Shown piece after piece: positions 1-10,050 of a DNA stretch of 64,000 nucleotides. Each line of letters begins with the position of its first letter. Within the stretch, counting starts at the first letter, position 1. The notes beneath the pieces are model-generated. The model made no database searches and was not told where the DNA came from. It worked only from the letters and a program-made list of their open reading frames with translations. Source of the stretch: Bacteroidota bacterium (GTDB lineage: Bacteria; Bacteroidota; Bacteroidia; UBA8524); the NCBI GenBank assembly GCA_006226545.1, contig SBGR01000006.1, positions 18,930-82,929 on the forward strand. The letters run 5' to 3'. Made by a program: the position numbers and the translations under genes.

Positions 1-2492
1 TGAATCGGTAGCTGTTCCTTTTACGGAAGTGCTAACTGCCCAGTAACCCGGGTATTCAGAGCCGGTAATGAAAGAACGAGCACCGTAGGTATAGCCTTTT
101 TCTTCACGCAAGTTCAAGTTGATACGTGAGTTAAAGCTTCCACCCAATGCGTAGTTAGCGATGCGCATCTTGTAGTATTCACCGTTGTAATCAAATGGCA
201 TCATGCGGCGACCAAACATAATCTGCGACTGGGTAGCACCCGGCTTATCGATCAAGTAGATGGTTGTTTTCTCAGCAGCTGGGAATTCAGTAACGGCCGG
301 CATTTTAACTTCTTTTGCTTGCCATTTTTTCAAGAACTCCAACTTCGGCATGATCTGATCCAAGGTGATATTACCCACGATGGTCAAATTGGTTACGGAA
401 GGAGAATAGTAGTTTTTATAGTATTCCTTAACGTCGTCAAGATCGATGCGGTCAACTGTCTTGATGTAACCACCGGATGAAGCTGCTAAGATGTTTTCAC
501 CGTAAGTCAAGATACCAAAAGCTTTTGAAGCTAAAACACCCGGGTTACGGTCTGCATTACGCAGGTTTTGCTCCATCTGGTTTTTCAAACGTTTCAAGTC
601 TTCTTCCTTGAAAGCCGGCTTGAATAACATCTCATCCAAAATCTTCAAAGTGGCATCGATGTTTTCATTCAATGAGGTAACTACAATATTGGTAGACTGT
701 TTACCGGCATTGAAAGAAATATTGCTACCTAATTTATCAAGTGCTGCACTGATTTGCTCTGAAGTACGGAGCTCGGTTCCCTCTTCCATCATGCTGGCAG
801 TGATACTAGCCAAGCCTAATAATTTAGGATTATAAGCCTCCAACAATGATCCGCCTGCCATAGAGAATACCATAGTTACTTTAGGCAACTCATCGTGTTT
901 GGTATGGATGATTTTCAATCCATTGTCCATTTTAGACGTAGCGTAAGCCGGAATTACAGCCGGTTTAGCCGGAGCCAGGGTTGGACGAACACTACGGTCG
1001 AAGTTGTCGGTAGGTTCAGTATAGGTTAAGCCTTTGTATTGCTCTTCTGCTTTTTGATCTACAATGCCCGGGTAAGGGTGAGTAGACGGTGTGCGATCAT
1101 CCGGATTCATTACCGGGTAAACAATAAAGGTAAAAGAGTATTTAGACTTGATGTATTTCACAAATACACGCTCCAAGTCTTTCAAGGTTACTTTGTTGTA
1201 ACGATCGATCTCGTCTTGGATATTGAAGGATTTACCTTGCAAACGCTCCCAGCTGGTGATGGTTGATGCTTTACCTTGAACACTCTCTAGGATGTTTACA
1301 AAAGAACTGGTCATTTCAGCTTTAACACGGTCCAAATCTTCTTGTTTGATGCTCATTGGATCAAAGCTGCTGATCATCGCTCTCAATGAATCGTAAACCA
1401 TGGTTTGCATTAAGCCTGGCGCCAAGTCGTAGTACAAACGCATGTTTGGTACAATTTGGAACTGGAACTCTCCTGCCAACTCTTGGGTTGGGTTAGAGCA
1501 GCTGGCTTGCAATGCGAAGTCGGATTTCACAAAACGTTGGTACATCACCGAGTTTCTACCTGAACCCAAGATAGAAGACAACATATCCAATGCAGGCTCG
1601 TCTCTGTGGTAGGTAGGAACAGATGGGTAGTACATAGAAACAACCGGAATCTGAACGTTATCGTAGAATTGAGCGAACACATCTTGCTGCAAAGAGAAAT
1701 TCTCAACACGCATGGTGCGCACATCTTGTCCGGTTGGAATTGAACCGAAGTATTTCTCAATCATTTTGATGGTTTCTTTGGTGTTTACATCACCTGCAAC
1801 CACCAAAATGGCGTTGTTCGGTCCGTACCAGCGCATGAAGAAGTTCTTCATGTCTTGCACACCCACACGATCCAAGTCTTCTACATAACCGATGGTTGAC
1901 CAGCTGTAAGGGTGACCTTCAGGGTAGAAATAGCGGCGGTATAATTCAGAGAACGGTAAAGCATAAGGTTGATTGATAACGTTCTGTTCTTTTTCGTTTT
2001 TCACGGCAGAACGTTGGCTTTCAAACTTCTCTTGTGTTACAGCAGGTAATAACCAACCCATACGGTCAGCTTCTAACCAAAGCGCTGTTTCAAGCATATT
2101 GCTTGGCACCGTTTCAAAGTAGTTGGTACGATCGGTATTGGTTGTACCGTTCATTTGTCCACCCGCGCTTTGAATGAGGTTGATATGCTCCTCATCGGCA
2201 ACGTGTTTAGATCCTTGGAACATCATGTGCTCAAAGAAGTGAGCAAATCCGGTGATGCCTTTGTGCTCACGGTTTGAACCTACTTTGTAAGTTACCTCAA
2301 CGTGCACAATTGGATCGGAATGATCTTCGTGGACATACACTGTAAGTCCGTTTGGTAAAGTGTACTTCTCGTAAGAGATTTTAGCTTCACCCGGTTTAGC
2401 CTCTACCTTTTCTACTAGGGTAGCCTGACCGTAAGCCTGGTATCCTAGGAAGGCGAATGACAAAGCCACCGCTATTCTGTTCAATTTCCTCA
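1..2492 (-). CDS. M16 family zinc peptidase (insulinase-like), 3' end lies outside window
   Basis: Uninterrupted minus-strand reading frame from ATG at 2490-2492 running off the window start, so it is absent from the ORF track. N-terminal signal peptide MRKLNRIAVALSFAFLGYQAYG. Inverted zinc-binding motif HFFEHMMFQGS (HxxEH), typical of pitrilysin and M16 peptidases. Confidence 0.8.
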
Positions 2493-2599
2493 TAAAATTT
2501 AAGGTTGTTTATTAATCGCTGCGAAATTAGTTCAATTCCCAATTTATCTGCTGAAGGCTCTCGATAAAGCGCAATGGAGTATCGATAGGCAACAGAAGA

Positions 2600-3259
2600 C
2601 TATTGGCAGTTTTTCTTCAATACAGTATGGATGCTGATCTTAACTTCAGGCCAAAGCACACTTTTACCGTCTGCACCGGTATGCAAATCTTTGCAAGCTT
2701 TGTTAAGGCTTTCAATGCCGCCTTGCGCGCTCCAGTTGTCGAGGTTAATAATACCGTTGAGCTTCAAGGTATCTCCGCTCATGGTCATGTCAACTTCCAA
2801 TGGCTGAGTTAAGCTGTTCAAGGTAAAGTCAAGGGTAACTTTACCGGTTGACCCATCGCCTTCAACCTTTACTACTTTACCGGTCATTTGAGCTGATTGT
2901 TCCAAAGAACCGAAGAAGAACTCTTGGATTTTCTTATCTCTATCCGGATTGGCCGTGTTAATGGAACTGATTGGGATATTAAAAGACGCTTGAGCGATAA
3001 CTTCCCCACCCGTTTTTCCTTCTTGAGTTTCGGTTACTTCAATCTGATCAAATTTACCGTTTACGCCTACTGCTTCCGTGAATTTATAGGCAGTCCAATT
3101 TACGGCAGTTGTCGCAGCATCGTAAGAATACACGCAAGTTTGAACCTCCGGTGTTTTGGTTTCTTCTTCTGTTGCCTTCTTTTCTGTTCCGCCTCCACAG
3201 GCTGTAAATACAAGCATACTTGCTAAGGCAAAGTATGGTATGGTGTTTTTGAATTGCAT
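2600..3259 (-). CDS. YceI-like periplasmic lipoprotein
   Basis: 219 aa with a lipoprotein signal (LVFTACGG). The NTANPDRDKKIQEFFFG region resembles the conserved RD-containing block of the YceI family. Confidence 0.45.
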   Translation of the reverse strand: MQFKNTIPYFALASMLVFTACGGGTEKKATEEETKTPEVQTCVYSYDAATTAVNWTAYKFTEAVGVNGKFDQIEVTETQEGKTGGEVIAQASFNIPISSINTANPDRDKKIQEFFFGSLEQSAQMTGKVVKVEGDGSTGKVTLDFTLNSLTQPLEVDMTMSGDTLKLNGIINLDNWSAQGGIESLNKACKDLHTGADGKSVLWPEVKISIHTVLKKNCQ

Positions 3260-3278
3260 AGTATTAATCGTTTTTCTG

Positions 3279-3986
3279 TTAGTTGTTTCTATAATGGGAT
3301 TGCAAGCGTTCTTTCACTTGCTTTTCGGCCAGTTTGGCTTTCCTAAATAATATATCGTCTTCGATATTGGCATGCACATGAATGTCTTCTTCCAATCGCT
3401 TGAGGTCGGTCATCAATACCTTCTTTACAATGGAATCGTCGGATTGGTAAGTATAGCCAGAGGTAACTTCCCTTAGCTCCCGCATTTCATCGTCGTCGGT
3501 GGTATGCGATGCACACAATACTTCCGTGGAGTTCTCTTTAACCACTTGGGCTGCAATGCGCGGATCAAACTCTTCCAAAAGTTCATGCAGGTTGAGAATG
3601 AACGGAAATATGACCTTTTCCTCTAGCAGAATATGCTTCTGTAAGTCGCGCGAAAATCGCTGAAATACAGCTAACTCCTCCTCCATGCCCAATAATTCCA
3701 TGTTCTTCTTAATGTGCGGAAGCTTGGCCCTGGCGTATTCGTGGTGGGTGAATTTAAGGTAGGATATCAGTACCGGAAGCTCTAAGTAATTATAATCGAA
3801 TACCGGACTTTTACCTTTGATCTGTTCCAGTGCGTCTGCCAAAACTTGAATATCGAGTCCGTAGTAAGCAGCTACTTGTTCTAAGCTTTCATTCAAATAA
3901 TTGGGATAGGCAATACCGAAAAATTCAAAGACGGTTGCCCTAGCGTAATTGTCTTCCAAAATCTGAATGATTAACTGCTTATGCAT
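3279..3986 (-). CDS. iron-sulfur cluster repair di-iron protein (RIC/ScdA/YtfE-like, hemerythrin-type)
   Basis: 235 aa. The N-terminal segment resembles ScdA_N. Paired His/Glu-rich hemerythrin-like motifs are present (THHEYARAKLPH and IHVHANIEDDILF). Overlaps the nnr stop by 8 bp. Confidence 0.55.
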   Translation of the reverse strand: MHKQLIIQILEDNYARATVFEFFGIAYPNYLNESLEQVAAYYGLDIQVLADALEQIKGKSPVFDYNYLELPVLISYLKFTHHEYARAKLPHIKKNMELLGMEEELAVFQRFSRDLQKHILLEEKVIFPFILNLHELLEEFDPRIAAQVVKENSTEVLCASHTTDDDEMRELREVTSGYTYQSDDSIVKKVLMTDLKRLEEDIHVHANIEDDILFRKAKLAEKQVKERLQSHYRNN

Positions 3987-5445
3987 CGCTCAAAGTTCTA
4001 AATACTTTTGGTAATTCTCGGATAATATCACGGGCTAATACAGACTCATCCGATAAGTTGGCTGCTGCCCTTTTTGCCGCTTGGGCATGCGAATATACAG
4101 CAAGGAGAAGCGCCGCTTCAAGCGAATAGCCTTGAGCCAAAAGTGAACAAAGCATACCACAAAGGATGTCGCCACTGCCGCCTTTAGCCAAAGCGGGGAT
4201 TTGCCCTTTGTGGATAAAGATTCGGCCATCCGGAAAAAAGAGCATGGAATTACTGCCTTTCAGCAGAATATGCCAGTTCATCTCTTGTGCTACCCTGCTT
4301 GCTTTTTGGGCTCGCTCCATCTGGGATTGATGTTTGCCAAATAAGCGATCAAACTCGCCGGGGTGTGGTGTGAAAATGCCCGACTTAGGCCAGAATCTTT
4401 TCGCTAAACCGGATAAGATATTCAAGGCGTCAGCATCCCAAACCATTCGCTTTGTATTGTGTGAAACCAGTTCTTCAACCAAGGCAATGGAACCTTCACC
4501 TGTGCCCATGCCCGGGCCAACAGCAATGGCTTGGTAGTTTTCGAGGTTAGGTAACTCATCCAGCTCTTCTGCGCCGCAGGCTACTTGCATCGCTTCAGGT
4601 AAATAAGCCAAAGCCGACAACTGAATACTGCGAGGAATGCCCATGGTAACAAGCCCTGCACCGGTGCGCAAACAAGCTTCACTAGCCAATAACACCGCAC
4701 CACCGGTTTGACGGTTGCCACCAAGTAGTAATGCGCGACCGTAATCTCCTTTATGTGAGATGCCCCGCCGTGGTTTGTAAAGTGATTTCACGAGCTCGAA
4801 ATCGACTAGCGCATAACGGCTTTCACTGCTAAACTCCTTGCTAAGTCCAATATCCATCACCTGCAATCGACCGGTATAAGCTGCATAATCATCGCTTAAA
4901 AAAGCCAGTTTTGGCACCTGAAAAGTCAGCGTTTGACTCGCTTTTACGCAGGGATACAATTCGCCTTCGTGCAGGTCAGATGGCATTCCGGAAGGTATAT
5001 CGATGCTGATTACTTTTAGCGATGCTGCATTAAGCTTGGTGATTAGCTCCAGGTAATTGCCCGAAAGTGGTCTACTCAAACCGGTACCAAAGAGTCCTTC
5101 GATAACCAAGGTATAATTCTCTGGAATGAATGAATCCAGCGGGTTTAAAGCAAGCTCGCAATCGTTTTGAGCTAGGCTACGGTCGCCTTTCTCTCTTAGG
5201 ACTTCTGCAAACAAGGTCACGTTGAACTTATAGCGATGCAGTTCTTGCGCTATCAGCAAGGCATCACCTCCGTTGTTTCCCGGTCCCGCTAGTACGGCTA
5301 TGGTGTCGGTGCTCACTATTTCAGACGCCAAAGCATTAAAACAAGCCTTGGCTGCTCTTTGCATTAGCGCATACGAATTGATGCCCTCTTTTTTTATGGA
5401 AAAGTCATCCCAAGCACGTATTTCTGCGGCGGTATACAGTTTCAT
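3979..5445 (-). CDS. nnr: bifunctional NAD(P)H-hydrate repair enzyme Nnr (epimerase/dehydratase)
   Basis: 488 aa. YjeF-N motif AGPGNNGGDALLIA and C-terminal carbohydrate-kinase motif GGSGDILCGM. Confidence 0.85.
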   Translation of the reverse strand: MKLYTAAEIRAWDDFSIKKEGINSYALMQRAAKACFNALASEIVSTDTIAVLAGPGNNGGDALLIAQELHRYKFNVTLFAEVLREKGDRSLAQNDCELALNPLDSFIPENYTLVIEGLFGTGLSRPLSGNYLELITKLNAASLKVISIDIPSGMPSDLHEGELYPCVKASQTLTFQVPKLAFLSDDYAAYTGRLQVMDIGLSKEFSSESRYALVDFELVKSLYKPRRGISHKGDYGRALLLGGNRQTGGAVLLASEACLRTGAGLVTMGIPRSIQLSALAYLPEAMQVACGAEELDELPNLENYQAIAVGPGMGTGEGSIALVEELVSHNTKRMVWDADALNILSGLAKRFWPKSGIFTPHPGEFDRLFGKHQSQMERAQKASRVAQEMNWHILLKGSNSMLFFPDGRIFIHKGQIPALAKGGSGDILCGMLCSLLAQGYSLEAALLLAVYSHAQAAKRAAANLSDESVLARDIIRELPKVFRTLSDA

Positions 5446-7052
5446 TTGAATTTCACTCTTTTTAAGATGAGGCTATTCATGGCGTTTGAAGGAAGTCCTT
5501 GTACCTTATCGGCTACCAATACCATGGTTTGATCGTAGAATAAAACCAATACAGGAGCGTCTTCCATCGCCAGTTCATCCATGCTGCGGTATACTTTCGA
5601 CCGCTCTTCTAGGTCGCTTAAAAGCATGGCTGCCTTGTAAAGTGAATCGAATCTAGCCGATTGGTAATGGGTATAATTCGGTCCCAAGGGAGCTTTATTC
5701 GGACCGTAAAACAAGGCAAGGTAATTCTCCGCATCGGGGTAATCGCCAAGCCAGGATGCACGGAAAAATGGCAACTGTCCTTTGCTCACCCGTTCTCGGT
5801 GAAAGGGTCCCGGATTCACCTCAATCTTGGCTCGAATACCAAATTCCTCTAGCGATTTCTGAATGAAAACAGTCAGATCAGTATAGTTCTTATTGGTATA
5901 CAGTACGATGGGCTCTAATCCATCGCCATTGGGGTATCCGGCCTGTTTCAAATAAAAACGCACCGAGTCAGGATTGAAAGCATAGCGTTGCGACGTGGAT
6001 GAATTGCCCGGTAAGCCGGCAGGAATGAACCCGCCATTGCCCGGTATGCCAATGTTATTTCGGAGGTAGCGCATCATCTTATCGCGGTTAACTGCAAAGG
6101 ATATGGCTTTTCGTAAACTCTTGTTTAATAATTGGTTACTGCTCTCTTCTTGAATGGATGAGTCAAGGAAAAATCCAAAGTACTCCGTATTCAAATACGG
6201 TCCTCGTCTAAGGCTAAACCGCTCGGCATATTTCGGACGTAAGGTGCCCTCTTTGCTTAAAAGCTCATCTTTGAATGAACCTTCTAAGCCGCTGAAGTAA
6301 TCGGCTTTGCCCTGCACAAACTCCAAGAAAGCAGTTTGTTTGTTTTCGATGAAGCTGATGATAATACCGTTAAGGTACGGCAAGCTTTCTCCCGCTTCGT
6401 CGACTTCGTAATAGTTAGGATGTTTCTTTAAAATCAGCCTAACCCCTTCTTCCCAGTATTCAAAGGCAAAAGGGCCGCTGCCAACCGGGTGTTTTCTAAA
6501 GTCGGCACCATAGGTTTCAATGGCTTCGTGTGGAACCACGGCACAATACGGCATTCCCAGCATTCCCAAAAACGGCGGAAAGGCTTGTTGCAAGCGGATT
6601 TCTAAGGTAAAGCTATCGGGAGCGGAAAAGGCTTGAAGGCTATCCAGTTTGCCATTGAATATCCAAGTTCCCGGGGAGGCGAGTTTAGGATCGATAATAC
6701 GCTCAAATGAATAGATAAAATCCTGCGCGGTGACCACTCGCTCATTCATGCAGGGATCCTTATGAAAGAAAGCGTCGCGACGAAGGTAAAACCGGTAGAG
6801 TTTTCCACTATCCTCCACCGACCATGATTCGGCTATTCCCGGAATGATATTAAGCTGAGAATCAAACTCAATCAGCGTACTGAAGAGCTGATTCACCACC
6901 CGTATATTGGCCTGGTCTTTTGCAAAAGCCGGGTCGAGTGATTGGATGGAAGTCTCTTGGTTATAGCGAAATACCATAGCATCCTGAGCATCCGGTCGGG
7001 AGCACGCTGCCAGTAAGAAAAAGATGTGTATAACTCTTAATAAATTCCTCAT
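5442..7052 (-). CDS. ABC transporter substrate-binding protein, family 5 (peptide/nickel type); no partner permease or ATPase nearby
   Basis: 536 aa lipoprotein (LLAACS). N-terminal region matches SBP_bac_5 (ESWSVEDSGKLYRFYLRRDAFFHKD). Stop overlaps the nnr start by 4 bp. Confidence 0.65.
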   Translation of the reverse strand: MRNLLRVIHIFFLLAACSRPDAQDAMVFRYNQETSIQSLDPAFAKDQANIRVVNQLFSTLIEFDSQLNIIPGIAESWSVEDSGKLYRFYLRRDAFFHKDPCMNERVVTAQDFIYSFERIIDPKLASPGTWIFNGKLDSLQAFSAPDSFTLEIRLQQAFPPFLGMLGMPYCAVVPHEAIETYGADFRKHPVGSGPFAFEYWEEGVRLILKKHPNYYEVDEAGESLPYLNGIIISFIENKQTAFLEFVQGKADYFSGLEGSFKDELLSKEGTLRPKYAERFSLRRGPYLNTEYFGFFLDSSIQEESSNQLLNKSLRKAISFAVNRDKMMRYLRNNIGIPGNGGFIPAGLPGNSSTSQRYAFNPDSVRFYLKQAGYPNGDGLEPIVLYTNKNYTDLTVFIQKSLEEFGIRAKIEVNPGPFHRERVSKGQLPFFRASWLGDYPDAENYLALFYGPNKAPLGPNYTHYQSARFDSLYKAAMLLSDLEERSKVYRSMDELAMEDAPVLVLFYDQTMVLVADKVQGLPSNAMNSLILKRVKFK

Positions 7053-7116
7053 TTATGTGCACAAATATGGGTAGGCTTGAGGCTATTTTTGCCTTTCACC
7101 AAAGCAAAGAAAAAAG

Positions 7117-7800
7117 ATGTTAATAACCTATTTGGGACACGCTTCTTTTCTCATTGAAACGGGAAAACACCGTTTGGTTTTCGATCCGTTTATACGCGGA
7201 AACGAACTCACCAAAGGTAAAGTGGATTTTGATGCGCTCAAACCGGATTTCATTCTGGTTTCACATGGACACGAAGACCACACCGCTGATTTGGTTGATT
7301 TAGCCAATGCCTCCGGCGCTCAAGTAATTGGTAGTTGGGAGATGCAGAATTGGCTTCATCAACAGGGGATAAAGAATACACATGCGATGAATTTTGGCGG
7401 CAGCTGGAACTTTCCATTCGGAAGAGTGAAATTTTTCCAAGCCATGCATACCAGCTCTTTTGCTGACAACAGCTATGCCGGTGCGGCTGGAGGCTTCATT
7501 GTAGAAACGGAAGAACATTGCTTTTACTATTCAGGGGATACCGGGTTATTTCAAGACATGAAATTGATTCCGATGTTCCATGATGTAAGCTTCTCATTCT
7601 TCCCCATTGGCGATAATTTCACAATGGATGCGGAGCAAGCAGCCATGGCTGCCGAATTTGTAAACTGCGATAAAGTAATAGCCATGCACTTTGATACGTT
7701 TGGCTTTATCGAAGTGGATCATGCCGCTGCGCGTAAATCCTTTGATCAGCTAGGAAAAGAGCTGATAATCCCAGAAATTGGGAAAAGTTTCGAACTATAA
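7117..7800 (+). CDS. metal-dependent hydrolase, metallo-beta-lactamase fold (UPF0173 type)
   Basis: 227 aa. The N-terminus MLITYLGHASFLIE and the HGHEDH-like metal-binding motif (VSHGHEDHTAD) are present. Confidence 0.7.
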   Translation: MLITYLGHASFLIETGKHRLVFDPFIRGNELTKGKVDFDALKPDFILVSHGHEDHTADLVDLANASGAQVIGSWEMQNWLHQQGIKNTHAMNFGGSWNFPFGRVKFFQAMHTSSFADNSYAGAAGGFIVETEEHCFYYSGDTGLFQDMKLIPMFHDVSFSFFPIGDNFTMDAEQAAMAAEFVNCDKVIAMHFDTFGFIEVDHAAARKSFDQLGKELIIPEIGKSFEL

Positions 7801-7833
7801 TCCTACTTGCAACTATTAACCCTAAACGACACT

Positions 7834-8634
7834 ATGGGAAAGATCATAGCTATTGTAAATCAAAAAGGCGGTGTGGGCAAAACCACAACGGCAATTAACC
7901 TGGCAGCGAGTTTTGCTGCTTTGGAATATAAAACCCTTTTGATCGACGCCGATCCACAGGCCAATGCCACATCCGGTATTGGATTCGATCCGGCCAATAT
8001 CAAAACAGGCTTATACGAATGTTTGGTGCACGATATGGCACCGAAAGACGTATTGCTCAAAACGGAGTACGACTACCTGGAACTTATTCCGTCCAATATT
8101 GACTTGGTGGGTGCTGAGATTGAGATGGTAGACTTGCCTCACCGTGAGTTGATGATGCGTCGCATGTTTGAGAAGATGCAAAATGACTACGACTTTATCG
8201 TTATCGACTGCTCTCCTTCACTTGGCTTAATTACCACCAACGCCCTGACCGCAGCGCATTCGGTTATCATTCCGGTGCAATGCGAGTTCTTCGCTTTGGA
8301 GGGATTGGGTAAACTCCTCAATACCATCAAAATCGTTCAAACCAATTTGAACCCATCGCTGAAGATTGAGGGAATTCTCTTAACCATGTACGACTTACGA
8401 CTTCGCTTGAGTAACCAAGTGGTGGAAGACGTGAAAATGCACTTCCAACAGTTGGTTTTTGATACCATCATCCAACGTAACGTGAAATTGAGCGAGGCTC
8501 CGGGCCACGGTATGCCGGTAATCAACTACGATATTGAAAGCAAAGGCAGTCTCAATTATTTAAATTTGGCCCGTGAAATTCTCCAGAAAAATGGCATGAC
8601 CCGCATCACTGAAGAAGAAAGGATTCTGAATTAA
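7834..8634 (+). CDS. parA: chromosome partitioning ATPase ParA/Soj
   Basis: Deviant Walker A motif KGGVGKTT. The likely true start is MGKIIAIVNQ at 7834, inside the longer ORF called from 7807. Confidence 0.85.
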   Translation: MGKIIAIVNQKGGVGKTTTAINLAASFAALEYKTLLIDADPQANATSGIGFDPANIKTGLYECLVHDMAPKDVLLKTEYDYLELIPSNIDLVGAEIEMVDLPHRELMMRRMFEKMQNDYDFIVIDCSPSLGLITTNALTAAHSVIIPVQCEFFALEGLGKLLNTIKIVQTNLNPSLKIEGILLTMYDLRLRLSNQVVEDVKMHFQQLVFDTIIQRNVKLSEAPGHGMPVINYDIESKGSLNYLNLAREILQKNGMTRITEEERILN

Positions 8635-9521
8635 TGACAAAAACGAAAAAGCCGGCTTTAGGCAAAGGGCTTTCTGCCCTGCTCAAAGATGCCTCAACTG
8701 ATATCACTTCCAGCGGTGTTACGCCGGTAGGAAGCATCAGTATGATAAAGCTGAATGATATTCAAGCTAACCCCTTCCAGCCTAGAACAGAGTTTGAAAA
8801 AACCGCGTTGGAGGAATTAGCGGAATCCATCAAAGTACATGGTGTGATTCAGCCTATCACAGTCCGTAAAATGGGCTATGATCAATACCAAATTATCTCC
8901 GGTGAACGCCGTACCCGTGCCAGTATCTTGGCCGGATTAAGTGAAATACCGGCTTATATCCGCTTGGCAAACGACCAAGAAATGCTGGAGATGGCGCTCA
9001 TTGAGAACATCCAACGTGAAAACTTAAATGCCATTGAGGTGGCCTTGAGTTACCAGCGTTTGATGGACGAGTGTAAACTGAAGTTAGATGAGCTGGGTGA
9101 ACGCGTTGGAAAAAACCGTTCAACCGTAAACAACTATATCCGCCTGCTTAAGCTTCCGGATGAAATTCAGGCAGCCATTCGCGACGGTGCTTTGTCTATG
9201 GGACATGCCCGTGCCTTGATTAGTATTGAAGACGAGGGAATGCAGCTGAGCATATTCCATCAAGCTATCAACGAAGGACTTTCTGTACGAGCCGTAGAAG
9301 AATTGGTTCGCGAACAAAGACCGGTGAGCACTAAAACCAGAAGCACTAAAAAAGCAACCCCAGCTGCGCAAGCAGATTGGAGCAGTCATCAAACTACCCT
9401 AAACGATTTGGCTGACAAATACGAAGTGCCTGTTAAAATCAGAGCGAAGGAAACCGGCGGCGAGCTTATTCTCAGCTTTGATTCGGAAGAAACCTTGCAA
9501 AAGCTACTTGAATCGCTCTAA
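8634..9521 (+). CDS. parB: chromosome partitioning protein ParB/Spo0J
   Basis: 295 aa. ParB-box motif ISGERRTRAS and an HTH region. Start overlaps the parA stop. Confidence 0.85.
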   Translation: MTKTKKPALGKGLSALLKDASTDITSSGVTPVGSISMIKLNDIQANPFQPRTEFEKTALEELAESIKVHGVIQPITVRKMGYDQYQIISGERRTRASILAGLSEIPAYIRLANDQEMLEMALIENIQRENLNAIEVALSYQRLMDECKLKLDELGERVGKNRSTVNNYIRLLKLPDEIQAAIRDGALSMGHARALISIEDEGMQLSIFHQAINEGLSVRAVEELVREQRPVSTKTRSTKKATPAAQADWSSHQTTLNDLADKYEVPVKIRAKETGGELILSFDSEETLQKLLESL

Positions 9522-9534
9522 ACTACTTCTTCTT

Positions 9535-10050
9535 ATGCTTTTAGCCTTTCCAATTCTTGGGAAGGCTCAGTCTAGCGATTCCAGTGTTTTGGAAGTGCCG
9601 AGGAAGGCTACCATGTGGTCTGCCTTAATCCCGGGCGCCGGACAGATTTACAATCGGTCGTATTGGAAGGTTCCTATTCTGTATGCAGGCTTTGGTGCTC
9701 TAGGCTATGCTTTTAATTTCAACCAAACCGAATACAAACTTTACGCAGGTTACTATCAATTGGCCGTAGATGGAGATCCCAATACCAATCCACCAATAAA
9801 CGCAACCGACCAACAGCTGCGAGATCAGCGAAACTATTACAAGAAAAACCGCGATTTAACCGTGATTGGAATGGTGGCACTTTACGCTTTGCAGATTTTA
9901 GACGCCAACGTAGATGCTCACCTGAGTTCCTTTAATGTAAATGATAACCTGAGCTTAGGACTGCAATACACGCCTTTAACTCAAAGTTTTCAGCATTCGC
10001 ATCGACCCTATTCAAATCCTTTGTCATTAGGACTTAAACTCCGTTTTTAA
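9535..10050 (+). CDS. DUF5683-family membrane protein (conserved parB-downstream gene in Bacteroidota)
   Basis: Starts at ATG 9535 (MLLAFPILGKAQ), 14 bp after the parB stop. Gene order and residue composition match DUF5683 proteins. Confidence 0.5.
   Translation: MLLAFPILGKAQSSDSSVLEVPRKATMWSALIPGAGQIYNRSYWKVPILYAGFGALGYAFNFNQTEYKLYAGYYQLAVDGDPNTNPPINATDQQLRDQRNYYKKNRDLTVIGMVALYALQILDANVDAHLSSFNVNDNLSLGLQYTPLTQSFQHSHRPYSNPLSLGLKLRF

Noticed and set aside
608-1760. Track ORFs 608-835(+), 1039-1266(+), 1545-1760(-)
   Set aside because: They lie inside, or antisense to, the long uninterrupted M16 peptidase frame that occupies 1-2492 on the minus strand. They are shadow ORFs.
2603-3350. Plus-strand ORFs 2603-2812, 2897-3226, 3156-3350
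   Set aside because: Antisense to the YceI-like and RIC genes. They have low-complexity translations and no independent signals.
7807-9521. parAB taken as evidence that oriC lies in this window
   Set aside because: No dnaA gene and no DnaA-box cluster are visible. parAB are not reliably adjacent to oriC in Bacteroidota.
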